DNA of 29,054 bases. Origin: Candidatus Saccharimonadales bacterium. Lineage in GTDB: Bacteria > Patescibacteriota > Saccharimonadia > Saccharimonadales > Saccharimonadaceae. Positions 7,517 to 16,102 of this stretch are shown piece after piece. The first letter of the stretch is position 1. Each line of letters starts with the position of its first letter. The translations under genes and the position numbers were made by a program. The notes under the pieces were generated by a model, which saw only the letters and a program-made list of their open reading frames with translations, was not told the DNA's origin and did not search any database. The stretch is from positions 1-29,054 of the forward strand of contig JASLCR010000007.1 in NCBI GenBank assembly GCA_030145955.1, written 5' to 3'.

Positions 7517-8299
7517 ATGGATCAAACTCCACAACCACCAGTGCAACCAACAGAACCGGTAGCACCAATGCCACCACAAGCACCACTACCGCCGAATACA
7601 CCAAATAACAGCGTACCGCCAAGCCCTGGCAGTAACAAAGGTCTTATTATCGGACTCGTCGTGGGAGTAATTGTTTTACTACTCGTCATTGCAGGTATTG
7701 TACTAGCTGTCACACTAGGCGGTAAAGATACGAAAAACAATACACAAGATCGTAAAAATAATACTAATACGACAAAAACTGACGAATCAAAAGAAGACGC
7801 GCTACGATCAGCAAACGCAAAAACTGCTAAATATCAGTCTGAGATGAGTGCCGTATGTGAAAACGGCTCTATCACCAACGCAGGAGATTTTGCGAAGCCA
7901 TACAAGGTGATTGCCTTTTCTAAGAACAGCACAAACAGAAATTACACATCAGCAACACTTCCCTATGGCACTGATTATGCAGCCAAATACAGCGATCCTA
8001 TCGAGTCGGTCAATGTCGTTGCCTGCCTCGATGAAAAGCCAGACACTGCGGTTAAATCAAAAACGTGTGATTTTAAATCAGGCAGCAAAATGACTACACT
8101 TGATTACTATGCTCTCAAATACACAGTAACATTACGTGAGGCGAAATCTGGCAAGCTTATTAAAACGCTCGAAGACGTGAATGCACCAGCAACAACCTGC
8201 CCGATGTTTGCAACATACGATAAAAACGATCCAAAATACTATGCTCGTCCTGATAGTACAGCCCTCGACGCAGCTATTAAACAGTTCGTCACCGAGTAA
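7517..8299 (+). CDS. Membrane-anchored surface protein (Pro-rich N-terminus, one TM, 4-Cys exported domain)
   Basis: ORF 7505-8299; GAGGG precedes ATG 7517; TGCTATACT at 7473-7481; TM LIIGLVVGVIVLLLVIAGIVLAV. Confidence 0.75.
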   Translation: MDQTPQPPVQPTEPVAPMPPQAPLPPNTPNNSVPPSPGSNKGLIIGLVVGVIVLLLVIAGIVLAVTLGGKDTKNNTQDRKNNTNTTKTDESKEDALRSANAKTAKYQSEMSAVCENGSITNAGDFAKPYKVIAFSKNSTNRNYTSATLPYGTDYAAKYSDPIESVNVVACLDEKPDTAVKSKTCDFKSGSKMTTLDYYALKYTVTLREAKSGKLIKTLEDVNAPATTCPMFATYDKNDPKYYARPDSTALDAAIKQFVTE

Positions 8300-8320
8300 T
8301 AGATCAAAGTACAATACTAT

Positions 8321-8348
8321 AAAACCCCAGCGATATCACTGGGGTTTT
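8321..8348. terminator. Bidirectional intrinsic terminator
   Basis: AAAACCCCAG-cgatatca-CTGGGGTTTT between convergent genes. Confidence 0.85.
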
Positions 8349-8360
8349 ACTTAGCTCGTT

Positions 8361-9353
8361 TTAGCCTCTTGGCGGCTCACCGCCACTTGGCTCATCAAGC
8401 AACTTCTTGCTCTTTATTTCGTAGCGCTTACCAGTAATTTCACTGGTAATATAATCTTCATTAATGAGGTTCACAAACGTATCAAGATCGTTACCATCCA
8501 TAATAATAATCGCTCCCGCATCATCAGTCATGAGCTCAAGCTGCATATCATCAGCATACTCGATTACCTTCTCTTGCGATATCTCACCAACTTCAAGTTT
8601 CTGTAGCTTATTGATTGTCTTTTTGCGATCTTTCACTAGGGCTTGCATATCGAGACCATCAGGGAAACTTAGCTTGTACTTCTGCTCAATCTCGAGTACT
8701 TTTTTATCGGCCAATGCCTGCTTTTTAAAATCATACTCAAACAGCCGCTCAAACTTTGTCTGGCTAAATACAAATATATCTTGATCTACTATCAGTACAT
8801 GGTTATCTGCTGGAATCTTTAAGCCAACATCTGCCTTAAAACGATCAAAGCGAGCACCATTAATTTCCCAGGCAGTAATATCGCTCAGCGCTGCACCGGT
8901 TTGTAGCGATTTAACAATATAAAATGCCTTACTCACATCTGTTTTTGAAGTGAACCGAGCAATAATTCCCTTCATACGCTTAAAGTCATGTTCTTCTTGG
9001 CTAAATTCAATGATGTCCGATCGTTCTTTTTCAATCAGATTTATCAACGTGTCTGCTTTTGTCACTCGCGTTCGTTCAGTTCTTAGTAGTACATTTTCCT
9101 CTGCTTCCGACTCTTCAAACACTCGTACACTCAGTCCGGTACCCGCCCCAAGATTCACCTGCCCGATCACATCGTAGAGAAACAGCGCTCGAATCTGCGC
9201 CTCAAGTTCACTGGCAAATCGCATTGAAAATGGCGTGTAAAAGCGATTAAAAAGAAACAGCTCAATGTCGAGATCACCTTTAATGGCATCAGTTTGGTTA
9301 GCCCACAAAAAAATATCTGTCGTTGTATCAGTAGCTGGTGTTTGTTCTTCCAT
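8361..9353 (-). CDS. DUF4868 / Kiwa KwaB-like protein
   Basis: About 330 aa, acidic; IFVFSQTKFERLFEY and C-terminal FVNLINEDYITSEITGKRYE resemble the KwaB/DUF4868 signature (recognised from memory). Confidence 0.7.
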   Translation of the reverse strand: MEEQTPATDTTTDIFLWANQTDAIKGDLDIELFLFNRFYTPFSMRFASELEAQIRALFLYDVIGQVNLGAGTGLSVRVFEESEAEENVLLRTERTRVTKADTLINLIEKERSDIIEFSQEEHDFKRMKGIIARFTSKTDVSKAFYIVKSLQTGAALSDITAWEINGARFDRFKADVGLKIPADNHVLIVDQDIFVFSQTKFERLFEYDFKKQALADKKVLEIEQKYKLSFPDGLDMQALVKDRKKTINKLQKLEVGEISQEKVIEYADDMQLELMTDDAGAIIIMDGNDLDTFVNLINEDYITSEITGKRYEIKSKKLLDEPSGGEPPRG

Positions 9354-9424
9354 ATCTTACCTATATATTAGTAGTTCTCGTACCAGTATACTTGAATGAC
9401 TAGCGGCAAGTTGCCGTACTATTT

Positions 9425-9934
9425 TCAACGAGTTGGAAGAAACTTTGCGAGTAGTGAGTACGTTGCTGCACCGAACGACCGTCGCTGAGCTACCGGACGC
9501 TCCGGTAGCGGAAATGCTGCTTCAACACGCTTTGCTATGGCCTCGCCAGATTCATACGCACCATTCTCTTTACTCCAACGCACGGCAGCTCCACCTGCCA
9601 CCCATGACTTTGTATACATTTCTTCGTCGCTCCAATCAACGTAGCGGTACACGCAACGCTGAAATATACGCTCGCCAATGTCGTGCACCAATAGTTGACG
9701 CCGCAGTAAGTGAGTTTCTGTTTTGAAGATACAATCAGCCCTGTTTTTATGTTCCATGCGCGCCAAAATACTATCAGCAATAGCCGTAAGTCGACCAACC
9801 GCCTCCCTCTCTTGCTCAGGAAAGTAATGCTCACTCACTCTCCCATCATATACCTCGTCAGTCTGATAGTTTCTCATGTAGATACGACCCGATTCGGATT
9901 GTACCTTCATGTCATCATCAGCAAACTCACTCAT
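9425..9934 (-). CDS. Hypothetical protein
   Basis: 169 aa ORF filling the gap; TATAAT 11 nt upstream. Confidence 0.65.
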   Translation of the reverse strand: MSEFADDDMKVQSESGRIYMRNYQTDEVYDGRVSEHYFPEQEREAVGRLTAIADSILARMEHKNRADCIFKTETHLLRRQLLVHDIGERIFQRCVYRYVDWSDEEMYTKSWVAGGAAVRWSKENGAYESGEAIAKRVEAAFPLPERPVAQRRSFGAATYSLLAKFLPTR

Positions 9935-9982
9935 AAAGTAGAGCGATTATAGTACCAAAGAAGCACCGTGTCAATAGAAAGA

Positions 9983-10285
9983 TTATTCGACGACTTCTAT
10001 ACCATTCCAAAACGCCACGTAGCCAGCAAAGTCTTTCTTGACCCGTTCAACAGAGCCTTCCTTTGGTTCTGGATAGTACCAAGCGCCAAATTCATTCATG
10101 TTGTCATCAACTGCAACGTCGTAATAACTAGCCTCACCCTTCCAGTGACATATTGTGTGATGATCACTATCCTCGAAATACTGACGCACAAGACTTGTCG
10201 GCGGAAAATACCAGTTGCCCTCAATACGTATCAGATCTTCTTTTGGCGCCTCAGCAATTGTTACGCCATTCCAAACAGCCTTCAT
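9983..10285 (-). CDS. DUF427 domain protein
   Basis: KAVWNGVTIAE, EGNWYFPP, TICHWKGEASYY, AWYYPEP, YVAFW. Confidence 0.92.
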   Translation of the reverse strand: MKAVWNGVTIAEAPKEDLIRIEGNWYFPPTSLVRQYFEDSDHHTICHWKGEASYYDVAVDDNMNEFGAWYYPEPKEGSVERVKKDFAGYVAFWNGIEVVE

Positions 10286-10290
10286 AGCCC

Positions 10291-10758
10291 CTACTCCGTT
10301 ACCGTAAGTGTGCCGGTAAATTGCGCCTGCAGATGATCGTGGAATCCATGTTTACCGACTTCCGTTGGAGTAAAGCTTGCAGATTCACCTGGCTGCAAGA
10401 CCGAAAGATTCAACTCTGGCTCACCCGTATGCGTTGGATGGTTGTCGGAAGAAAATTCCAGCTGTGTCTTTGACTGGTTTTTCACCTCCACACGTTGGCC
10501 TTTCTTCACCGTATAGCTACTTTTCTCAAAGCCTTGATCAGTAAATACAATCGTTGCGCCAGCTGGCTGCTCAGAAGAGTTTGCTGTATCTGTTTTATTT
10601 TTATTCGTATCAGGCGTGGCCGATGAAGTGTTCGTTGTCTTCACTGGTGAAGAATTGTTGCCGGCATTATTTGCAAGCGCATACACAACTACCCCGCCAA
10701 CCGCGACTATTGCTACTGCCGCCACAATCCATCCCACGATTTGGCTATTCTTGTCCAT
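10291..10758 (-). CDS. Membrane-anchored cupredoxin-fold protein, His-rich and Cys-free
   Basis: N-terminal TM, Ser/Thr/Asn linker, then GF..YTVKKGQRVEVKN..SDNHPTH..LQPGESASFT..GFHDHL..GTLTV. ATG at 10758 after GGGGG. Confidence 0.8.
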   Translation of the reverse strand: MDKNSQIVGWIVAAVAIVAVGGVVVYALANNAGNNSSPVKTTNTSSATPDTNKNKTDTANSSEQPAGATIVFTDQGFEKSSYTVKKGQRVEVKNQSKTQLEFSSDNHPTHTGEPELNLSVLQPGESASFTPTEVGKHGFHDHLQAQFTGTLTVTE

Positions 10759-11407
10759 CAAGCACCCCCTTTGGCTTCACTCTACTATCGTACCTATAAT
10801 TATACACCCAGGCTCCCACAAGCAGCAGTCCATATATCCACCAGAGTGTCAGAAACCATGGCAGTGTTAACTCTCGACCAAGTTCCAATGAATGAATAAA
10901 TATACCAATCATTGCTACTACTTGCGCGTACTCAACATACTTCCACCAGGCTGCATCACGAAACCATCGCCGCAACTCAAACATAAGAAATACCAACAAA
11001 CATGCAGTCCCGAGTACAAGAAAGACTGCCTTGTTCCCATATGCCAACTCATAGCTACCTGGTGGCAAACCCAATCCGTCAGCAATCAGTCGATAATTAA
11101 GCAGCAGCGGGTGCAAAATGATCAGTACAAGCACTAGTGCCGATGAGGCAGGCCAATAGATACCTGCTTGATCTTTAGCAACCCCCATCCCTCTTCTTAC
11201 TGCGCCAAAAATATAATGCGACCACATCAGAACAAAAGCCATCAGCCCTAAAAGTGGGAAAAGTGAAAACTCGTCTACCCCTCGTTCAAAAATATTTCGA
11301 GACTGTATCCACGCAACAAAAACCGTCGCTAGCACTATGGCCGCACACGTCCACTCAATAAAGTGAAATACTTTCTTCGTTGAGCCACCTAATGCTCGAT
11401 ACTTCAT
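10745..11407 (-). CDS. Multi-pass membrane protein resembling the ferric-reductase-like (heme b) TM domain
   Basis: About 6 TM; membrane His at 64, 99 (ILHP) and 172 (FIHS); WWKYVE sits where W..LH is typical. Confidence 0.55.
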   Translation of the reverse strand: MKYRALGGSTKKVFHFIEWTCAAIVLATVFVAWIQSRNIFERGVDEFSLFPLLGLMAFVLMWSHYIFGAVRRGMGVAKDQAGIYWPASSALVLVLIILHPLLLNYRLIADGLGLPPGSYELAYGNKAVFLVLGTACLLVFLMFELRRWFRDAAWWKYVEYAQVVAMIGIFIHSLELGRELTLPWFLTLWWIYGLLLVGAWVYNYRYDSRVKPKGVLDGQE

Positions 11408-11419
11408 ATACTTAGTATA

Positions 11420-12178
11420 CTATTTTTCAACTTCTTTGGAGAGATAGCTCTTTGTCTCGCGAAGCAGAAAGAGGCTAATGTCATCACGCGTCGCCCCTTC
11501 TGAATGAAATGGAACACTAATTGTTTGAATAAGTGCCAGCATATATACCATGATAAAAGTAATTGTTCCCGTAATGACCAGCCCGCCATAGAACGGATCA
11601 ATATTGGTAAGTAATAATGCAACAATAGCAAGAACAACAATGGAGCGCACAAGCAAGAATGCCGACGGAATAAATTTAATCTTCTGGATATAGTTTACAC
11701 GGTACATACTCTTTAAAAGAATCGACTGTTGCTGCTTTAATTTCACAATATAATTCGCTGGTACACCTGCCTTCTCCATCTCACCAAATGTTACATTAAG
11801 ATCGGAAATCTCTCGTCGTGCACCTTTGCGATTGACTCTCGTACCTTCACGAAATGCTCCTAGAATATCAATCAGGTTTGCCCTGAATATAGCAAGATCA
11901 AATTTATATACTTTTCGAATTTCTTTTGCATCTTCATACATACCTTCGATATTCGATGCAAACTCTGCCGGAATCCGCTCGCTTTCCTTGTAGTCGGCAA
12001 TAGTTGCTGAGAGCACAAAACCCATCACAAATATAACACTGGAAATCATACTGTTATGCAAGCTGGTCTGTTCAATCGGTTCAAACCCAAGTAGATGCAA
12101 CATATACTTACCGATCACTACAACAGCTGTCGCCGCAAGCGCAACAAAAAAGATCTTCGCGTTTTTGAGAAATCTCAT
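11420..12178 (-). CDS. Bestrophin-like/DUF4239-type membrane protein
   Basis: 2 TM, helical soluble region, 2 TM, then ISVPF; FVMGFVLSATIADY segment. Confidence 0.5.
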   Translation of the reverse strand: MRFLKNAKIFFVALAATAVVVIGKYMLHLLGFEPIEQTSLHNSMISSVIFVMGFVLSATIADYKESERIPAEFASNIEGMYEDAKEIRKVYKFDLAIFRANLIDILGAFREGTRVNRKGARREISDLNVTFGEMEKAGVPANYIVKLKQQQSILLKSMYRVNYIQKIKFIPSAFLLVRSIVVLAIVALLLTNIDPFYGGLVITGTITFIMVYMLALIQTISVPFHSEGATRDDISLFLLRETKSYLSKEVEK

Positions 12179-12198
12179 CTCTACTAATTATAGCAAAG

Positions 12199-12221
12199 TG
12201 CGGCCATACTATATGACCGCA
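12199..12221 (-). terminator. Probable terminator hairpin
   Basis: Minus strand UGCGGUCAUA-uag-UAUGGCCGCA then CUUU, after the Excalibur gene; weak U tract. Confidence 0.5.
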
Positions 12222-12247
12222 GTAGAGCTATTTTGATACCGATTATT

Positions 12248-12856
12248 CTATCGCTCACAAGCAATGCCGTCATTGTCACGGTCAAGCTTTGACTGGTAAC
12301 TAGGGTCACTTCGTTTAATATCAAAGACACCGGCGTTAAAAGCTTCCGTACAGTTATTGAACACTCGGCCGCCAGTTGATTTACTCGTTGCCTGCTTTGC
12401 CACCTTCTCTTTTGACTCCTTGCTTGCTACTGCGGCCTGGTCTTTATTCACTACCCCTTTCTCGCCGTCTGGCTGAGTCTGAACCGGCGAATACTTACCA
12501 TTTTGGTCAAGCTGCGGCTTTTCTGTAGCCAAGAAGCCAAATCCGGCCAGCCATACAAAGAAGAGCGCAATCAAACCTTTTGCCCACGGACTTTGCTTGA
12601 ATCCTTCTGGGTCGTTAAAGTACCAAATGGCAATTGCAACAGCTGGAATAATTGGCAAACATACCAGCCACAACAACCAGCCAACCAAAATGCGCCGTCC
12701 AGATGTCCAGTTCTGGTATCGATTCTTTGTCAACGGAAACCTACTAAGGATCCATACTGATGCTCGCAGGAAAAAGCCAGGATGCGCGTTAATTTCACGT
12801 TCACGAGCAATTTTATCAGCCTCGCTTACTACTGGTTTCTTGGTTGACTCTGTCAT
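12248..12856 (-). CDS. Membrane protein with C-terminal Excalibur calcium-binding domain
   Basis: FNNCTEA..G...I...DPSY...LDRDNDGIACE; 2 TM segments. Start ATG 12856 after GGGAG; the longer ORF start overlaps the divergent gene. Confidence 0.88.
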   Translation of the reverse strand: MTESTKKPVVSEADKIAREREINAHPGFFLRASVWILSRFPLTKNRYQNWTSGRRILVGWLLWLVCLPIIPAVAIAIWYFNDPEGFKQSPWAKGLIALFFVWLAGFGFLATEKPQLDQNGKYSPVQTQPDGEKGVVNKDQAAVASKESKEKVAKQATSKSTGGRVFNNCTEAFNAGVFDIKRSDPSYQSKLDRDNDGIACER

Positions 12857-12941
12857 ACTATCTATCTCCCAATTATGATATGCCTTTAATATATCACAGA
12901 AATACGCTACACTGAATGCATTAATCATATGGAGGAGCACT

Positions 12942-13217
12942 GTGGGATTATTCGACTCAATCACCAACCTATTCAGCAAAACTAAAGGGACTGACGAACT
13001 ACTTAACGCCTTCAAGAACGGCAAGCTTGACGTAAATAGCCTAAAAGATCAATTATCCACTGGCCAGCTTGAGCAGGTGCAAAAAATGGCTGATCAAAAT
13101 GGTGATGGAAAAGTTGACCTATCTGATCTGAAAGATCTTAATCTTCAAGACACTATAGCTAACGGCCTTAAAGATACGCTTGGCAATCTCGGCGACGATA
13201 TACTCAAAAAGAAATGA
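12942..13217 (+). CDS. Small EF-hand-containing protein
   Basis: GGAGG then GTG start; EF-hand-like loop DQNGDGKVDLSD. Confidence 0.75.
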   Translation: MGLFDSITNLFSKTKGTDELLNAFKNGKLDVNSLKDQLSTGQLEQVQKMADQNGDGKVDLSDLKDLNLQDTIANGLKDTLGNLGDDILKKK

Positions 13218-13278
13218 CAACGTTTACTTGTATCGCATTTATGCTTGCAATCCTCTTAACGATAATTATACTTTGATC

Positions 13279-13725
13279 ATGACTTACAGACACTCAATAC
13301 ACCAGACATACGACCATATGCTAGCTCAGCATACCGAAGAGACAACAATGCCGAGTGGCCTTGTCATAGCACGTCACATCGGTCTGACAAGCATAGGCAT
13401 ACAAAAAGCGCCCCAAGTTGGCGAATTTTTGATCGCAACCGAGGTACCAGAAATTGATGCATCAGGTTTTCTTAACAATGCTACTGATAGCTTCGAGACA
13501 CCAACCATGGAAGAAGCCGTGGAACCACTCGCTACTCGAGTCCTTAAACTTGGCAATGTAGCATCTCTAGATATTATGCCTTTTGCTCCTGATCGCAATC
13601 CAGAGCTCATAAATGAGACCGATGAGGAACTTATTCGTAAATTCAAAGCCATACTTTCACTGGAACTAGGCAAGAGATCGGTCAAGAAACCAAGTGAAGA
13701 CTCAAGTATTGGCAATTATCTCTAG
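13279..13725 (+). CDS. Hypothetical protein
   Basis: TTGCAA-16 nt-TATACT (13245-13272), 6 nt before ATG 13279. Confidence 0.6.
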   Translation: MTYRHSIHQTYDHMLAQHTEETTMPSGLVIARHIGLTSIGIQKAPQVGEFLIATEVPEIDASGFLNNATDSFETPTMEEAVEPLATRVLKLGNVASLDIMPFAPDRNPELINETDEELIRKFKAILSLELGKRSVKKPSEDSSIGNYL

Positions 13726-13747
13726 CTAGTATAGAAATAATTGCCCA

Positions 13748-15220
13748 TTAAAGACTTGTGATATCTACCCGTTTTTGCTCTGTTGTATCACGATCACGCA
13801 CTGTAACGGTGCCATCACCTTCGATAGTTTCAAAGTCAATCACCACACAATACGGTGTACCAATTTCGTCTTGCCGGCGATACCGCTTACCAATATTGCC
13901 GTTGTCGTCCCATATGACCGCACCGTGTTTTTTCTTAAGTGCCGCGTAGACTTCACGCGCTTTTTCAACTAGCTCTGGCTTATTTTTTAGTAGCGGTGAT
14001 ACCGCATACTTCACTGGTGCAAGGTGATGTGGGAATTTCATCACCACTCGCTTTTCACCATTTACTTCATCTTCCGTGTACGCACTTGAAAGCACTGCCA
14101 TGAGTGCTCGTTCTACGCCAAAGCTTGGTTCAATCACATGAGGAACAAATTTTGTGTTCGTTCCCTTCACGGTATATTCCATACTTTTGTTTGCCACACG
14201 CTGAATATTACCTAAGTCAAAGTCAGTACGATAGGCAATTCCTAACAGCTCTTCCTTGCCAATTGGAAAATCAAACTCAATATCAATCGTCCGCTTTGAA
14301 TAATGCGCCCTATCTTCCTCTGGCACTTCAAGCTCATGAATGCTCTCTTTCGGCAGACCAAGCATCTGCAAGAATTCATGAGTTGAGGCAAGTAATAACT
14401 CAAACGACTCTTGCCATTTATCCGGATCAACAAAGTACTCAATCTCCATCTGCTCAAACTCGCGCGAGCGGAACACAAAGTCACGAGGACTGATTTCGTT
14501 GCGAAATGCCTTGCCCTGCTGCGCAATACCAAATGGTAGATCTGGGTAAAAAGCATCGACCACGTTTTTGAAGTTAGTAAAGATGCCCTGAGCTGTTTCC
14601 GGACGAAGGTAGACCTTTGCTGTTTGGCGCTCCTCAACACCATGCTTAATTCGCTTCTCCGCAATTTCAGTCCAAGCCTCAATCTCAACAGGAGAACCAT
14701 TTTTTGCACGATCAGTAGCACGACGAAGAGCACCAATATCCATCGCATCCACCTCACCAGCAACTGGACCGATAGTTGTCTCAAACATCATGTTAAACGT
14801 CCGTGACTTACTTAGCTGATTCCCATCTGGACTTTTGATACCATTGGTCTTGATAGCCTCGTCCATCTGCTGCATTGTCATGCCGTCTGGATTAACACCG
14901 TTGTCTTTCAAGATATGATCCGTTCGGAAACGTCGGTGATTCACGGTGTCTTCACAAAGCGGGTCAACAAAGGTATCTACGTGACCACTCGCCTGCCAGA
15001 CTTTCTGGTTCATCAGAATCGCCGCATCAACACCATACATGTCGTCACGCTGCTCAACAAAAAAGTCCCACCAAAGATTCATAATATTTCGCTTCAATGT
15101 CACGCCAAGTGGGCCATAGTCCCATGTGCCACTCAGACCACCATAGACATCTGACCCTTGATAGATAAATCCTCGCCGTTTCGCGAGGCTGACAATATTT
15201 TCCATTTTCTCGTTCTTCAT
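13748..15220 (-). CDS. glyQS: Glycine--tRNA ligase, alpha2 (class IIa) type
   Basis: DYGPLG, VWQASGH, YLRPETAQG, GKAFRNEISPR..FRSREFEQME, IEPSFGVER, IGKRYRRQDEIGTP. Confidence 0.98.
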   Translation of the reverse strand: MKNEKMENIVSLAKRRGFIYQGSDVYGGLSGTWDYGPLGVTLKRNIMNLWWDFFVEQRDDMYGVDAAILMNQKVWQASGHVDTFVDPLCEDTVNHRRFRTDHILKDNGVNPDGMTMQQMDEAIKTNGIKSPDGNQLSKSRTFNMMFETTIGPVAGEVDAMDIGALRRATDRAKNGSPVEIEAWTEIAEKRIKHGVEERQTAKVYLRPETAQGIFTNFKNVVDAFYPDLPFGIAQQGKAFRNEISPRDFVFRSREFEQMEIEYFVDPDKWQESFELLLASTHEFLQMLGLPKESIHELEVPEEDRAHYSKRTIDIEFDFPIGKEELLGIAYRTDFDLGNIQRVANKSMEYTVKGTNTKFVPHVIEPSFGVERALMAVLSSAYTEDEVNGEKRVVMKFPHHLAPVKYAVSPLLKNKPELVEKAREVYAALKKKHGAVIWDDNGNIGKRYRRQDEIGTPYCVVIDFETIEGDGTVTVRDRDTTEQKRVDITSL

Positions 15221-15333
15221 TACTGTTGATTATACCAGCAACACCATTAATGTACGAATAGTAAAGACTTTTTGATAAAAATATGTTATAATATACCTAT
15301 TGCACATCGACAATTTGAAGGAAGTGATATCAC

Positions 15334-16053
15334 TTGGATTCACTCACCGAGACCAAGCGCCTCATTACGCGCGCTGGACACCTGCTCAATGCCGGTGAAC
15401 CTGAGCGTGCACTCGGTGTCATGTTTATGGCACTTGGGGCAACAACCGACCACGGCGTGAAGACAGAGGCTGCGTACTACCTGCCTCGTATCCGTCATGG
15501 CTTCGCGCTCATCTATGCAGCCATGGGAGAGGACAAACGAGCAAAGCGAAATTTCGAACTCGCCCTTAAGGGATTCGAACTGGACAATCGCATCGGTCGT
15601 GCGCGTGTCATGCGTGATTACGGCTGGTTTCAGTTCACACGCGGCTATGAAGTTGCCGGTGGGCGTCTCCTCAACCGTGCGCTCGACAGCCTCACTGCCG
15701 AGCACGTGCACGACGAGCGCTGGGAACGAGAGATGGCTGCAACACAGGGGTTTCTGGCGCGCACTACTGCCGCCATTGATCCCTCGGAGGCACTCGATGA
15801 ATTCATCCGAGTTGACGAGGTACTTCGCGGCGGAGACAAGTGGATCTACGAGCTGGACAACCTCCAGCACTTGATTCGCCTACTCCCTTTGCAAAAGCGC
15901 CTCTCGTATCAATTGCGGGCGGTTGTCATCTGGGAACGAATCCATGTTTCCGAGGAGCTGAAGCTCCTCAAGGGTGATTTCATTGATGGCAATCCCATTG
16001 ATGGTCTTACGCGCATTGCGTGGCGCACTGCGCGACGTCACTTCCCGCTGTGA
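15334..16053 (+). CDS. Hypothetical all-helical (TPR-like) protein, GC-rich
   Basis: 239 aa, TTG start after GGAAG; TGTTATAAT at ~15284; Ala/Leu helical repeats; own terminator. Confidence 0.65.
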   Translation: MDSLTETKRLITRAGHLLNAGEPERALGVMFMALGATTDHGVKTEAAYYLPRIRHGFALIYAAMGEDKRAKRNFELALKGFELDNRIGRARVMRDYGWFQFTRGYEVAGGRLLNRALDSLTAEHVHDERWEREMAATQGFLARTTAAIDPSEALDEFIRVDEVLRGGDKWIYELDNLQHLIRLLPLQKRLSYQLRAVVIWERIHVSEELKLLKGDFIDGNPIDGLTRIAWRTARRHFPL

Positions 16054-16061
16054 TGTGCATC

Positions 16062-16096
16062 AGCCCGTACTTTCTCACAAGGAAAGACGGGCTTTT
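16062..16096 (+). terminator. Intrinsic terminator
   Basis: AGCCCGT-a-CTTTC-tcacaag-GAAAG-ACGGGCT-TTT. Confidence 0.75.
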
Positions 16097-16102
16097 GCAT
16101 TT

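Noticed and set aside
12857..13024. N-terminal extension of the Excalibur ORF
   Set aside because: Overlaps the divergent EF-hand gene, which has a strong SD; ATG 12856 has its own GGGAG.
14621..14752. Intein or intron in glyQS
   Set aside because: Too short, lacks Cys/Ser start and His-Asn end, and the reading frame is uninterrupted.
14242..14784. 180 aa alternative-frame ORF inside glyQS
   Set aside because: No start signals; lies wholly within a conserved essential gene.
15340..15874. Overlapping 176 aa and 125 aa ORFs
   Set aside because: Shadow ORFs expected in GC-rich coding DNA; the promoter and terminator favour the 239 aa plus-strand ORF.
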